DNA from: Rhizaria sp. SCN 62-66
Taxonomy: Eukaryota
DNA length: 64,000 nucleotides
NCBI GenBank assembly: GCA_001724265.1
Contig: MEDY01000004.1
Coordinates: 1 to 64,000, forward strand
Direction of reading: 5' to 3'
The position numbers were made by a program, and so were the translations under genes. The notes under the pieces were generated by a model, which was not told the DNA's origin, made no database searches, and was given only the letters and a program-made list of their open reading frames with translations. How positions within the stretch are numbered: the first letter of the stretch is position 1; each line of letters begins with the position of its first letter. Below, piece after piece: positions 1-11,265 of the stretch.

Positions 1-576
1 AGTGAGGACACCCTGCTTCATGGGGAAACCCTGCTTGTCGTGTCCACCGGTGATCTTGAGGACGTAGCCCTTCCAGGCATCGCCGAGGATGTCGGCCTCG
101 ACCTGGTTGGACATGCGCTTGTCCATGAACGCGCGGCTGTACACGTTCAAGGCAGCGTCAGAGTAGCAGATGGATTGAACGAAGGGAAACGAGAAATGAA
201 AACAAAGTGGAAATAAGAACAGTGGAGTGAGAAGGGTGAGTGGGCGTCAAGGCGAGGGTGAATGAGGAGCAGCAGCGAGGGCGACCCGGTTTGGGGAGCG
301 AAAGAGACTGATGCAATTATGGCGCAGGGGGAGGGCATGGAGGACAGAAACGTACATCTTGGCAGAATCCTCGAGGTCATCGAGCTTCAGGAGCGTCTGG
401 GTGCCAGCGGCGGGGTAAGCGATGAGGAGCTGGAGGGCGGGGCGGGAGAGGCGAGAGCGAGGACGAGAGAGGAAAAGGTGCGCAGTGAGTCGACGATCGA
501 AGGTGTGGCGTACAACGGCGTCAGGCAAGGAGGGAAGCAAATAGATATAATAGTGGGCCAGAATACGTACCTTCAT
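1..576 (-). CDS. RPS6: 40S ribosomal protein S6 (eS6), 5' part; runs off the window
   Basis: Exons 576-571 (MK), 429-356 ([11 protein letters not shown]...), 136-1 ([45 protein letters not shown]). The [12 protein letters not shown] motif is diagnostic. Both introns are gtacgt...ag and keep the frame. Confidence 0.97.
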
Positions 577-1322
577 CTTTTACTTTGCAACAAAAACTCA
601 CAAAGCCCGTTTCTTCGTCGTCAAAACCCCCGCCGAAAGTTCCGCAGCGGTCGAACTACCGCTCCCAAAAATTAAGCCGCCTTGCCAGCTTCGGACCGAC
701 CGACCAAGACCAGTTGTTGACCGGCCGCAAAAGCAAGTCGATATGTTCACATAGATGACTTCATTTTGCTCTAGAAACGCGCATCCTGGGTTTCTGTGTT
801 AAATGTGAAATTGAGCTATTATTCAATTTTTCTCGGACTTAATGTATACCTGACATCTACACCTCGTCACATAGAATCAAGTAAAATACACGCCATATAT
901 TATTGGCAAGCTCTATTTTATGATTTTCAGATGTACATCTGAATACAATATAAAGATCCACGGAATTATAGTCTCAACTGAGAATATCCCATTGAGATAT
1001 TCATCTTGCTAAGAAGAACTTTGGACCAGTTTATCGGGCTCTGTTGCTGTCGTGGAACAGTCGATTTAAACAGCAATGAGCTTTGTTTTTAAGTCCACCG
1101 TGTATAGACCAACTGTCTGTACTCCCGACATTGACGACACTTTTCATCATATATCATTATTTTGAGTTGTCATATCGGGACACTTTAACACCACTTTAAC
1201 CCGTCACATATCCACGTTCTCTCTCACCCCAACCGTTGCTATCATCCAACCACTCCCCCAGCTCCCGCACTTCAGTCCGTCCCACACTCTATCGCTATAG
1301 CACTGACGACACGTCCGCGGCA

Positions 1323-4300
1323 ATGTCTCACTCGGGCTCTAGCGGCGCCAACCCCCCGCGCGGTTCCAGCTTCCCGTCCATGCCCCCCGTGGGTGCCCTC
1401 TCCCAGGCTCACTCGAGAAGCATCGCGAACCAGAACAGTGCTAACGCCAGCAGCAGCGCGAACAGTGCTGGAGGGCTGCCGTCGCACTACGCGGCCATGT
1501 CAAATGCGCCCTCTGCCGCCGCATTGCGGCCCGGCAGCGGCAGCGGCAGTGGGGCGCAGTCGCTCGGCCCCGTCCGCCCCCCCAGCGGTGGCAACAACAG
1601 TAGTCTCAGCAGCAGCAGCAGTACCAGCAGCGCCTACTCCGGTGCTGCTGCGGCGGGACCGGGCGCGAACGGCCGCGTGCGCCTTCCCTCCGCGCCGCGC
1701 AGCGGCGCCGCGGCCGCCGGTGCAGGCGCGCCGGGCAGCGGCGCAGGGCAATCACTACTGTACTCCGCCGCGCTGGCGCCTAGCTCAAGCAAGATGACCG
1801 TGACTGCCGCGACCAATGCTTCTTCTGGTACCGGGCCTGGCGCCGGTGCCACTGCTGCCGCAGGGGTCCGTGTGCGGCTCAAGGCCCCGCTGCCCTCCAC
1901 CACCAACACCAGCAGCACCGCTCCTGCCCCCGCGGCCGCTGCGGCAGCGCCCGGTGCGGCGGGCGGCGGCAAGAGCGTGTTCGTGATCAAGCCCTCCTCG
2001 GCCGGCAAGCCGCGCCCTGCGCATGCCGCTCCCGGCCCCGGTGTGGGCAGCAATGCTGTCGGTATTGCTGCTGCTGCTACTGCGGCCGGCACGGGCACCG
2101 CGGGCGCGGGCATTGCGGGCGCGGGCGCCGCGGGCCGGGTGAGCAGCGCCTCGCGCAAGCCCGCCGTGCCGCTGACCTCTGCGCTCGCCGCTGCCAACGG
2201 CAACGGCAACGGCAACGGCAATGCTGGCACGCACAGCAATAGAGTTGGCGCCAACATCAGCAATAACTACAACAACAACAACAGCAGCAGCAGTAGCAGC
2301 AGCAGCAACTGTGGCGCTGGGAGTCGGCCGGTGTCTGCGAGCGGCGTGGCGGTACCGCGGCTGGACTTGACGACGCCGCTGACCCACATTAACGACCCCA
2401 TCACGGCCGGACACACCGCGGGACACACCGCAGGACACACTGCTGGCAACGCTGCGACTGGCGCCTATCAGGGCGACGCTGCGATTGCGGTCAACAACGC
2501 GGGCGGCAGCGAGTACGACGAGGAGGAGATCGTAGTCGGCGAGGACGCGATCCCGGGTTCGGCCTCGTTCCGGCCCCCGCCGCACTCCAACAACGGCAGC
2601 GGTAACGGCAGCTTCGGCGCCAACAGTGGCAGCAAGAGCGTGGCCAAGACGAACATCAACAGCAAGAGCAACGCCAATGATAACGACGACGAGGATGAAG
2701 ACGCGGAGGACGACATCTACGGCTACTCCAGTCGCGGCCCGCGTCCCGGCCGCAGCTCCATTTACGACGACGAAGACGACTATCCTAGTCACCATAACAA
2801 CAACGCCAACGGCGTCGGTGCCAGGGACGACGACTCCGACGATGACGATCTCGCGCGAGATGAACGCGACGCAGACCTGGCCTTCTACAGCGCGCAGGCG
2901 CGTCTGCACAGCAAGGCGGGCGGCGACGAGCAAAGTCAGCCCGCGCTGCCTGTTGACGGCGACGGCAACGACGCCGAGAGGCGGGTTGTCTTCGCCGGCG
3001 TCGACGATAACGACGACAACGGCGGCGACGGCGGGGACATCGAGATCGACACCGACGGCGACGGCAACGCCGACGGGCCAGACGAAGAGGGCGAGAACAT
3101 GTCCTCCAGAAATGTCGGCAACAGCAGCGGCAACACGAACTCTACGGACCCCACGTCGTCTGTGCTGGGCAAGTTCGACCGCGAGTTCGCGAAAAAGCTG
3201 ACGTTCCTGTCCAACGAGAACGCCGCGCTTGAGGCCGAGATGAAGGAGCTCATGGGCAACCAGCGCCAGGAACAGCTAGGTACGACTTTGACGTTCAAAA
3301 GACGCATACTTGTATGAAAGTCAATATGTCTTTGTTGCGTATATCTTTTATGATTCAATCTCACATAGCTCACATTTTTCAACCAATTTCTACTTTTTGT
3401 CATCCCTCTTTCGTTGCTCGGTTCTTCCCTCCCGCGCGCCGCAGACCGTCTGGCGCAGATGCGCGAGGATATGGCGACGTTGGAGCGGCAGTGCAAGGAG
3501 CTCGAGGCGCGCCGCAAGCAGGCCGCGCAGACGAGCAAAGAAACGCTCGCCCGCCTCGGCGGGACCGGCGTTCCGCGTCTCACCAACGGCGCGGCCGCGG
3601 CTGCCGGCGCCGGCGCGACTGGCGCGAGCGGGACGAAGAGGCTCGCGCTGCTGCCGCCCGGGGGCAACACCGGCTCTAGTGCCGCTGGTGCTGCTGCTGG
3701 GACCCGCCGCGCGCCCGCCGCCGGCGCTGGCAGCAGTCTCAGCAGCACTGGCGCTGCCAGTGCTGGCGCTGGCGCTGCTGGTGCGGGCGGCGCGGGTCCC
3801 CGGGGCTCGCGGCTGTCGAACACGCTTGCGAGCCGCACGGCCAAGATGACTGCGGCCATGGGCAAGCTCAGCGACTCGGTCAAGCCCGCCAACGCCGCGG
3901 CGAACGGCAGCACCGCCAGCACTGTCGGCGCGAGGGGGCTCAAGGCTGCGCCGCCGCAGCATGCCCGACCCGGCGGCCCGCCCACGGCGCCCAATAGCAG
4001 CGGCAACAGTAGCAGTAGCAGTAGCAGCGCAGTGGGGCCGCGGGCATCGAGTGTGAGTGCAGTGAACGCTGCCGACGCAAGCGCAACCGCGAGCCCAAAT
4101 GCAAACTACGTCGAAGACGACGACGACAACGACGACGACGACGACGACGAGCTGGGATACTCCAAGGGTCCCCATCCCGCCGGTGACGACGACGAGGACG
4201 ACGACGATGACTTCATGAAGTACGTGACCATATGTACCTGAACACACCTAGCTCTTTTTTTATTGCTCTATCCAAACTTCTCACGTTTTGTATCGAAACT

Positions 4301-4641
4301 TACGCAACGCCTATGCTTAAACTGTTCGCTTGTCTCATCACAGGGAGTTCCACGCGCGCGAGCAGCAGCGGCGCCGTGACGAGGCCGCGCGCATCGAGCG
4401 TCTCCGCGCGCAACAGTTCGTGCAAAAGGCACTGGTACGTCGCCACTCTGAACGCTTCGATGGAATTTAACAATATACTTGACATAATCATGATTTGATT
4501 TTGATAATTCGTCTATTTCACGTGGATTCTCCGTTATGTACTCACCGTATGCTTGTTCTGCTGGCGTCTGCTCTTGTATAGGCTGAGGCTGATGCCCAAA
4601 TGGCTTCTGGCGCCCCTGCGGCTCCGAGCGGTAGCAAGTAA
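1323..4641 (+). CDS. Uncharacterised ~960-aa low-complexity (Ala/Gly/Ser/Asn/Asp) protein with coiled-coil segments
   Basis: Exons 1323-3279, 3445-4219, 4344-4434, 4582-4641 join in frame (…QEQL-DRLAQMREDMATLERQCKELEARRK…; …MKEFHAREQQRRRDEAARIERLRAQQ…). Codon-like GC bias. A further small exon from 4722 is possible, so the 3' end is uncertain. Confidence 0.75.
2409..2444 (+). repeat. Coding 12-bp tandem repeat x3 (GHTA)
   Basis: ggacacaccgcg-ggacacaccgca-ggacacactgct. Confidence 0.85.
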
Positions 4642-4898
4642 CCAAAACAACCATCTCGCTACTATGCGCTCACATACATTAACATGACTTACATATTTAC
4701 ATTAACGGTTCTGCCTTACAGGCTAACCCGTTCCAAACTCTTGAATAAATAGAAAACTAATTTGTATTTCACGCATACGAAACGGATCACCAAGCATGGC
4801 CACAGAACATCACACTGTCACTGGCTAGAGATTACACGCAAGGAGTCATTCTCCACTTGTCACGGCTCTTCACTCAGATGTCACACGTGACCGTCGCT

Positions 4899-5767
4899 TC
4901 AGAACTCGTGGTCGAACTGGACCTCGACGCCGAACGCCCGGCCGAACTCGCCCATGAGCACGGCGGCGAGCCGCGTCTCGCCGTCGCGCTCGCTCAGCCA
5001 CACGCCGCCGGTGGACTCACTGGCGGGCGCGTGGTAGTTGTACTTGCTAGGGCCCGAGAGCGGGGACGATAGCCAGAGCTGGCGCGTCACGTTGTGCTTG
5101 TTCAGCACCCACGTCTTGCCCGCCGCGCCCGCCGCCGCAGAGGCCGCGGCCTTGAGCTGCAGCACGTCGCCCGTAAAGGTGATATCGTTGTCGAACGAGC
5201 CGTCGATGTCGTCCGCCTCGATGCGCTCCTGCGCAGACGAATGAGAGAAACAGATGTGAGCAAACAAGTGTGGTATGAGAAGAGAGGAATGAGGATAGAT
5301 GAAGAGATTCAGAAAATCATTGACATGCAAAAGATTACACAGGCATTATCGCATTATTGAGGGAAATGTCGCGTAAAAACTATATAACCCATCATTACGT
5401 CGAGATATATCGCAGTATGTGAGCATACCAGGATGGAGTTGAGGACCTTGCCGGCCTCCTCCCTGTACACCTCGGGGGTCGTGTCCGTGGTGCGGATCAG
5501 CGGCACCGGCGTCGGCACGGTCGCGCTCGCCGTGGAGAGCGCGCGCGTGGCAATTGTGGGGACGGGAAGCGGCGTGCGCGCGGAGACGTTTGCGTTGGTG
5601 ATGGCGATACTGCTGGTGCGAGTGCAGGGGAGGCGAGGCTGCAAGGCGATGAACGCCTTAGGAGTCACGGGGGCAGCAGTCGCAGCAACCACAGAGAGAG
5701 ACGAGGTTGAAGCCGCAAGAGCGTGGCGCAGAGGCGCGGCGCGGAGCAGAGACGAGCAGGCGCGCAT
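4899..5767 (-). CDS. FXN: Frataxin (CyaY family), mitochondrial precursor, ~222 aa
   Basis: Exons 5767-5429 and 5228-4899. Arg/Ser/Ala-rich presequence; core GDVLQL…TWVLNKHNVTRQLWLSSPLSGPSKYNY…W…L matches the frataxin signature. Confidence 0.95.
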
Positions 5768-6562
5768 GGTGTTGTGTTATGGCACTTGGATCAGTGGTTG
5801 GTTTGATGAGTTGTCGTTTGTTTTAAGTTGATGTGACTTGATGAAACAGAAGGTTTAACAGACAACGCCTTAGTAACACTCTAAACCTAGATGTTCTCTG
5901 CATTATACAAAAATGTCATTTGAAAAAGACGTATCAATGTTGATAAATCGTGAGCACTGTGCGATCGATACAATCGGATTGTTGATCGCGTTTAACATGC
6001 GTTTCAGGAAACTAGAAAGCAACTCATAAAGAACTGCACAGAGCAACCACCTTGCTAAATATCACACTGAATACACATATTACTCAACCATACTGATGCG
6101 AGTGTTCTTCAAGAAGTCATTACACAGCTGTGTGTAGCCGCGCGAGCGATGCATGTAGGGAGCAGAGGAGTCTGTAGTCGACAGCTCTAGATGTAGCACA
6201 GAGTGAGATAAGCATGCACAATAGCAACAGCACCGCATCATCACACAGCTGCGCTAATACTCTAAGTCAATCCGGTAGCTATAACGCTAGCAGCTGTACA
6301 GCAGCTGCATCACAGATGCTAGCAGTGCGTCAGACGAGGAGACTAGAAGTTTGATGTTGTCAACTCGCCACAAGAACTAGTCGTTAGGGCATCGCCCTGC
6401 GAGATTGAGCGCGCATAAAAAGCAAAGCGAATTGACATCTAACGCTCATACACTAACAAATCAATTTTAATGTTAGTAACGGTGACTGACGTGTACAGAC
6501 GAAGGTGCACGAACTGGTGGTGAGGACTGTCGGGGTCGGCTTAACTTTGATTCTGGAGTCCG

Positions 6563-6573
6563 AGATGAGGTCG
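6563..6573 (+). promoter_or_regulatory. AGATGAGGTCG, PAC-like element upstream of eIF1A
   Basis: An identical 11-mer lies in sense orientation upstream of PUM3 (24212-24222, minus strand); core GATGAG. Confidence 0.45.
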
Positions 6574-6608
6574 AGTGGAGGCGAAAAAGAAGTGTTAATC
6601 TTACCAAG

Positions 6609-7357
6609 ATGTCTCGTAGCACTAAGGTCCGTCACCCTTGTTTAGTTTTTCCTACTTTTGGATTTTGCAATGCGAAAATTATGTAGCTCTGTGAGCCGCC
6701 AAAGTGTCGTTTTGAGCTTGTCGCCGGCAGCCACCGCAGCCAGCGCACTGCCTCTGTGTTAGCCCCCTTTCTCACTCCTCTGCTTCCCCGTTTCCCCATT
6801 TCGCGCCCACTACAGAGCAACAAGAGCCGCAGTCGCGGAAAGAAGGACAATGGCGGCCTGGCCGAGCTTGTCGTCAAGGAGGAGGGCCAGGAGTACGCCC
6901 AGGTACGTTCCCCACCACAAACCGTGCACTTGAACACTGACTGACCCCTTCGCGCCATTCGTCCCCACTTGCCACGCACTCTGTCCTGACGATTTACCCC
7001 TGATTCTTGGTACTCACTCTCCCCACGCCTCTTGTGTACCGCTTTGTGCTACTTTCGCTTCAACCACAGATCACCCGCATGCTCGGCAACAACCGCTGCG
7101 AGGGCTCGTGCTTCGACGGCACGGTCCGCGTGCTCGAGATCCGCGGCGGCCTGCGCAACAAGGTCTGGATCAACCCCGGCGACATCGTCCTCATCGGTCT
7201 CCGCGACTTCCAGGACAAGAAGGCCGACATCCTGTCCAAGTACACCCCCGACGAGGCGCGCAAGCTCAAGCAGCGCGGCGAGCTTCCCGAGAACAGCGAG
7301 CTCAACAAGGCCGACGCCGCCGAGGACGACCTCCCCTTCGACTTCGGAGAGCTCTAA
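6609..7357 (+). CDS. EIF1A: Translation initiation factor eIF1A, ~130 aa
   Basis: Exons 6609-6626 (MSRSTK, inferred), 6816-6902 (…KEEGQEYAQ), 7070-7357 (ITRMLGNNR…IRGGLRNKVWINPGDIVLIGLRDFQDKKADILSKYTPDEARKLK); acidic tail ending FDFGEL. Confidence 0.96.
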
Positions 7358-7656
7358 ATCTGCAATTCAACGCATTTGCGCTTGGGTCCTGCGCTTGATA
7401 AGCGTGGGGAACAGCGTGTGGGTTGTTTTGTGATGTTTTTACAAAGACTAAATCAACGCAAACAATAAACTTCTCATTCAAAGCCACATTGCTCATCCTG
7501 TGCCTGTCAAGTCTGCGCCAAACGGCTCCAGAGTCTGTTTCGAGGCCGTTACTTCAAAGATAGTCTTTACGATCAAGACATCGTTCAATAGCGCTAAGAC
7601 GTTGCAACATCATAGCCGGGATACGTTCATCAATTATACTTTAAAGTTGTCTCAAC

Positions 7657-8008
7657 ATGGACGGACAATTCAACCACTTGAACCTCGCTCCTGAGCTCTT
7701 CATCAACGGCGACAACGCCTGGCTTCGTGAGACCTACAACGATAACGGTACGCAACATTCACGCTCTCTCAAGAAGAATTCTATATCATCCAACGATGTA
7801 CAATGTGTGTTTTCACGTTATTTCTTGACAATGCTTTGATTTGTGTTTATTTCGTCCCGCTTCAGACCTTAACATCGACGACCTTCGCGAGCAGACGGTG
7901 CTGTCGAGCTACTACACAGAGGCGCAGCACCAGCAGCAGAAGGACCCCGGAGACGAGGCCTGGCAGGACCTACTCGAGATTTACGCACAGAAGCTCAAGC
8001 CCAAGTGA
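7657..8008 (+). CDS. APC13-like small protein (anaphase-promoting complex subunit 13), 77 aa
   Basis: Exons 7657-7747 and 7866-8008 give MDGQFNHLNLAPELFINGDNAWLRETYNDNDLNIDDL…DEAWQDLLEIYAQKLKPK. Size, MD start, DxAW and WxDL motifs recall Apc13. Not assembled by the ORF track. Confidence 0.6.
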
Positions 8009-8875
8009 GAGCGTGACAGATATGCTTGGTCTAGCTTGGTTTTCGAGGCATATGATGATCTAAAACGGCTAGTAAAACTCCACGAGCTGACATGCACGCA
8101 CTGTCAACAACTTCATTGGGTATAGATACACGCCTGCACATTGCGAGTGTGCGCATACGTCATACTAGGACATCTTAGCCATACCCCTTGTTGTGCTTGT
8201 GGTAGACCCCAAAGTTACGACAAAGATACCTGCTCGTGTTGGACACACCGCCCTGTTCTCGTCTGACAATCACCCTCCCTTGGGCTTGGACAACGATGGC
8301 CGCATGATACCACATCATATATGTGTGGATGCAGAGTCGACGCTGCGGTCTGTGCTGACTTCCGTTTCACCTGTTCTCTGAGGACGATGTGTGTGAGACG
8401 CATAACGTGTATCCAGTCAAGTCGTTTAATACTTCGTGCCTGAACACTGATACTACTTAGTTCAAGTAAAATACATTAGTAACACATGTTCTACACATGA
8501 AGGAATGACATACCTCAATCCTGCAGATGTATAAATTGCTTTGACTAAGATTTGCGTTCTCAAAGTTACTTTGCGATTTTTACCACAGCGTCAGCTCGGC
8601 AAGCGAGCCGAGCGAAAGGCAACGCCGTGAGAATCGGCCCGCAACCTCGAAGGTTGACAATTCGGTGGATACATCGTGCTTTATAAATGAGTGTTTGTTT
8701 CGAGAAATAACCTCTCACGATCTTTCTTTTCTGTTAATTATCTCCCAGAAATTCTTCTTGTACCTTTCTAATCGCTTACCCGCGCGCGGCTCAATCAACA
8801 CCGCGACACACCACCACCAACCACCCGTCCGCGCCCACCAGCGCTCCTCTCCCTCTCGAGCGCACGCTGCTTGGC

Positions 8876-11231
8876 ATGAGCTCTTCTGGTCCTGGCTCCG
8901 GCTCAGATGCCCACGTTACCGGCGGCTCCCGTCCTCACCACAACAAGCCCCCGCACAACAACAACAGCAACAATGCGAACAACACCAGCAGCGGCGGCGC
9001 GAACCCCAACGCAAAGGACCGCCGCCGCGAGCGTCAGCAGCAGGGCTTGCAGGCGCCCGAGGCCGTGCGCGCTGCAGTCCCGCGCACACTGAATGTGCCC
9101 GAGTACACGGCCGCGCGTCTGACCGAGATGGGCGACTTCGCGCGCAGCATGCAGGAGGGCACGTCGATGCGCCGCGTGTACCAGACCGTGCCGCGCCACA
9201 TGCGCCGCCGCGCCATGTCGCACAACGCACACCGCCTGCCCAAAAAGCTCCGCGGGCCCGCGCTGCGCGAGATGGCCAAGATGTCCAAGCCCAACAACGG
9301 CGCGAACCCTGGTAACGCCGCGAGCAGTGCTAGTAACGATGCAATGCAGAGCAAGTACTCCGAATACCTGGTCCCACGCGCCACGCCGGCCTCGCGCCGC
9401 GCCCGCCGCGCCCCCGCGACGCTGCTGCGGGATCACCTGAGGCGCTCGACGCGGCACACGTGGCTGGAGACGCACCTGTGGCACGCGCGGCGCATGCACA
9501 TGGGCTCGCTATGGGGCCACCGCATTGCCGTCAAAGCTATGGACAAGGGCACGCGCGCCATGGTGCGCGCCGCGCAGGCGCAGGCGGTGAGTCACGACAT
9601 GTCGTACCTCACCTGCCTCGAGATCGCGGTCTCTGGCGCTGAGCATAGCAGCTCTCTCAGCAGCGCTAGTGCCAGCACCAATTCCAGCTCCAGCTCAAGC
9701 ATTGTGATCGGGCGCGCGGCGGTGGAGGCTGTGTTGAACAGTCTGGTCGATTCGACCCGGGCTGACGCCGCTGCCGCCGCTTTGACGCAATTCAGCACCG
9801 CGAACAAGGCCTACGTAAGTTGCGCCGAGCTGGCTGCCGATCTGGCCCATGCGAGCGGCACGATCACTGCCGATGATTACCTCGCGGTGATTGCCGCTCT
9901 CGATAATAATACCGCTGCCAAGAGTAGTGACAACCACCAGACTGCTACTTTGGCTTTCGGTGCTAGTTTCGACTCAGCTGGTGCGGTTTCGCCGCGTGCT
10001 GTGAGTCAGACCGCCTTGCTCGCGCTGCGCTCTCGCGTCAACGACAACTACGGCACGAGCAGCGACACAACCAGCAGTTCGCATGTGTTTTACTCGCAAG
10101 CGCCCTTGCCCCGGCCTGTTGACGACGCCGAGCCCGTGTGCGTGCCTGCCGCGGTGCAACGCGCGGTTGCGGCTGCGGTTTCACACTCTGTCTCCTCAGC
10201 GGCCTGCGCGCGCGGTGACAGGGAGGGCGAGCTCGTGCTGCGCTACCCCGCGCTGCCGCGCATGGCCGCCGCCAAGGCCGTGTTGCAGGCAGTTGAGGCC
10301 TTCGACGGCGCGGGTGCGGGCGCCGGCGCGGGGTTCCCGCTGTCGAGTCTGCTGCCGCTGGAGCTCGCCGGACAGCCCATCGGGCCGGTGTCCTTCATGT
10401 GGCAGCCCACGGCCACCGCCGAGTCTGCGGCTGCCGCCGACCGCGGGCTGGCCAGCGACTGCGGGCGGCTGTGGCTGTGGGTGCATCCCGCCTGCGCCGC
10501 GCAAGTCGCCGCCGTGCTCAGCGCGCTGGCCGCGGCCCACACGGCGGTCCACACCGCGACCGCGACTGCGACGGCGTCCCGCGCTACTAGTGTGGGTGGC
10601 GCTGTCACGGTTAAGTCGCTGGCCGGCGAGCTAGCCCGCATCCGCGTCTGCGGCCCGCGCGCGCTTTCGGTTATGCAGAACGTGCTCCGCGCACACCCGC
10701 GCACCGGCGCCGACGCAGACGCTGACAACGGCGATGGAGCTCACTCTCACTCCAGTCAGGCCCGCGCGGCCGCGGCGTGGCGCTCCCTGGCGGGCCACCG
10801 GTCCGCGGCGCCCTTCGTGCCCCACGGCGCCGTGCTCGCGCTCACGGTCACGCACCCGAGCGCGCTGCTCACGCGCCAGCGCTTCACAGCGCCCCCGCGC
10901 CCCACGGCGCCCCTCGCTTTCGCCGAGGCCGCCGCCGTCGCCGCCGCGGCCGCCGCCGCCCCCACCGGCGCCGTGCCCGCGGGCGCGACAGGGCCCGCGG
11001 TTGCGACCGCGCTGGTGACGAAGCTGACGACGCTGGCTCCGCAGAAGATCGCGCAGACGCCCTTCGCGGCGCTGCCCGCGCAGCACACGGCCGTGACCGT
11101 GGGCGGCGTCACCACGGTCACCGACGCCACCACCGTGGAGTCGGCCGTGGCGGTGGGCAGCGCCGCCGGTGCGGGCAAAGGCCGGCTTAGCTTCGAGTTT
11201 GGCAGCGCTGTCACCAAGTTTGTCGCCGTGT

Positions 11232-11265
<34 letters not shown>

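Noticed and set aside
8193-8403. Short ORFs between the APC13-like gene and POP1
   Set aside because: No codon bias or recognisable motif.
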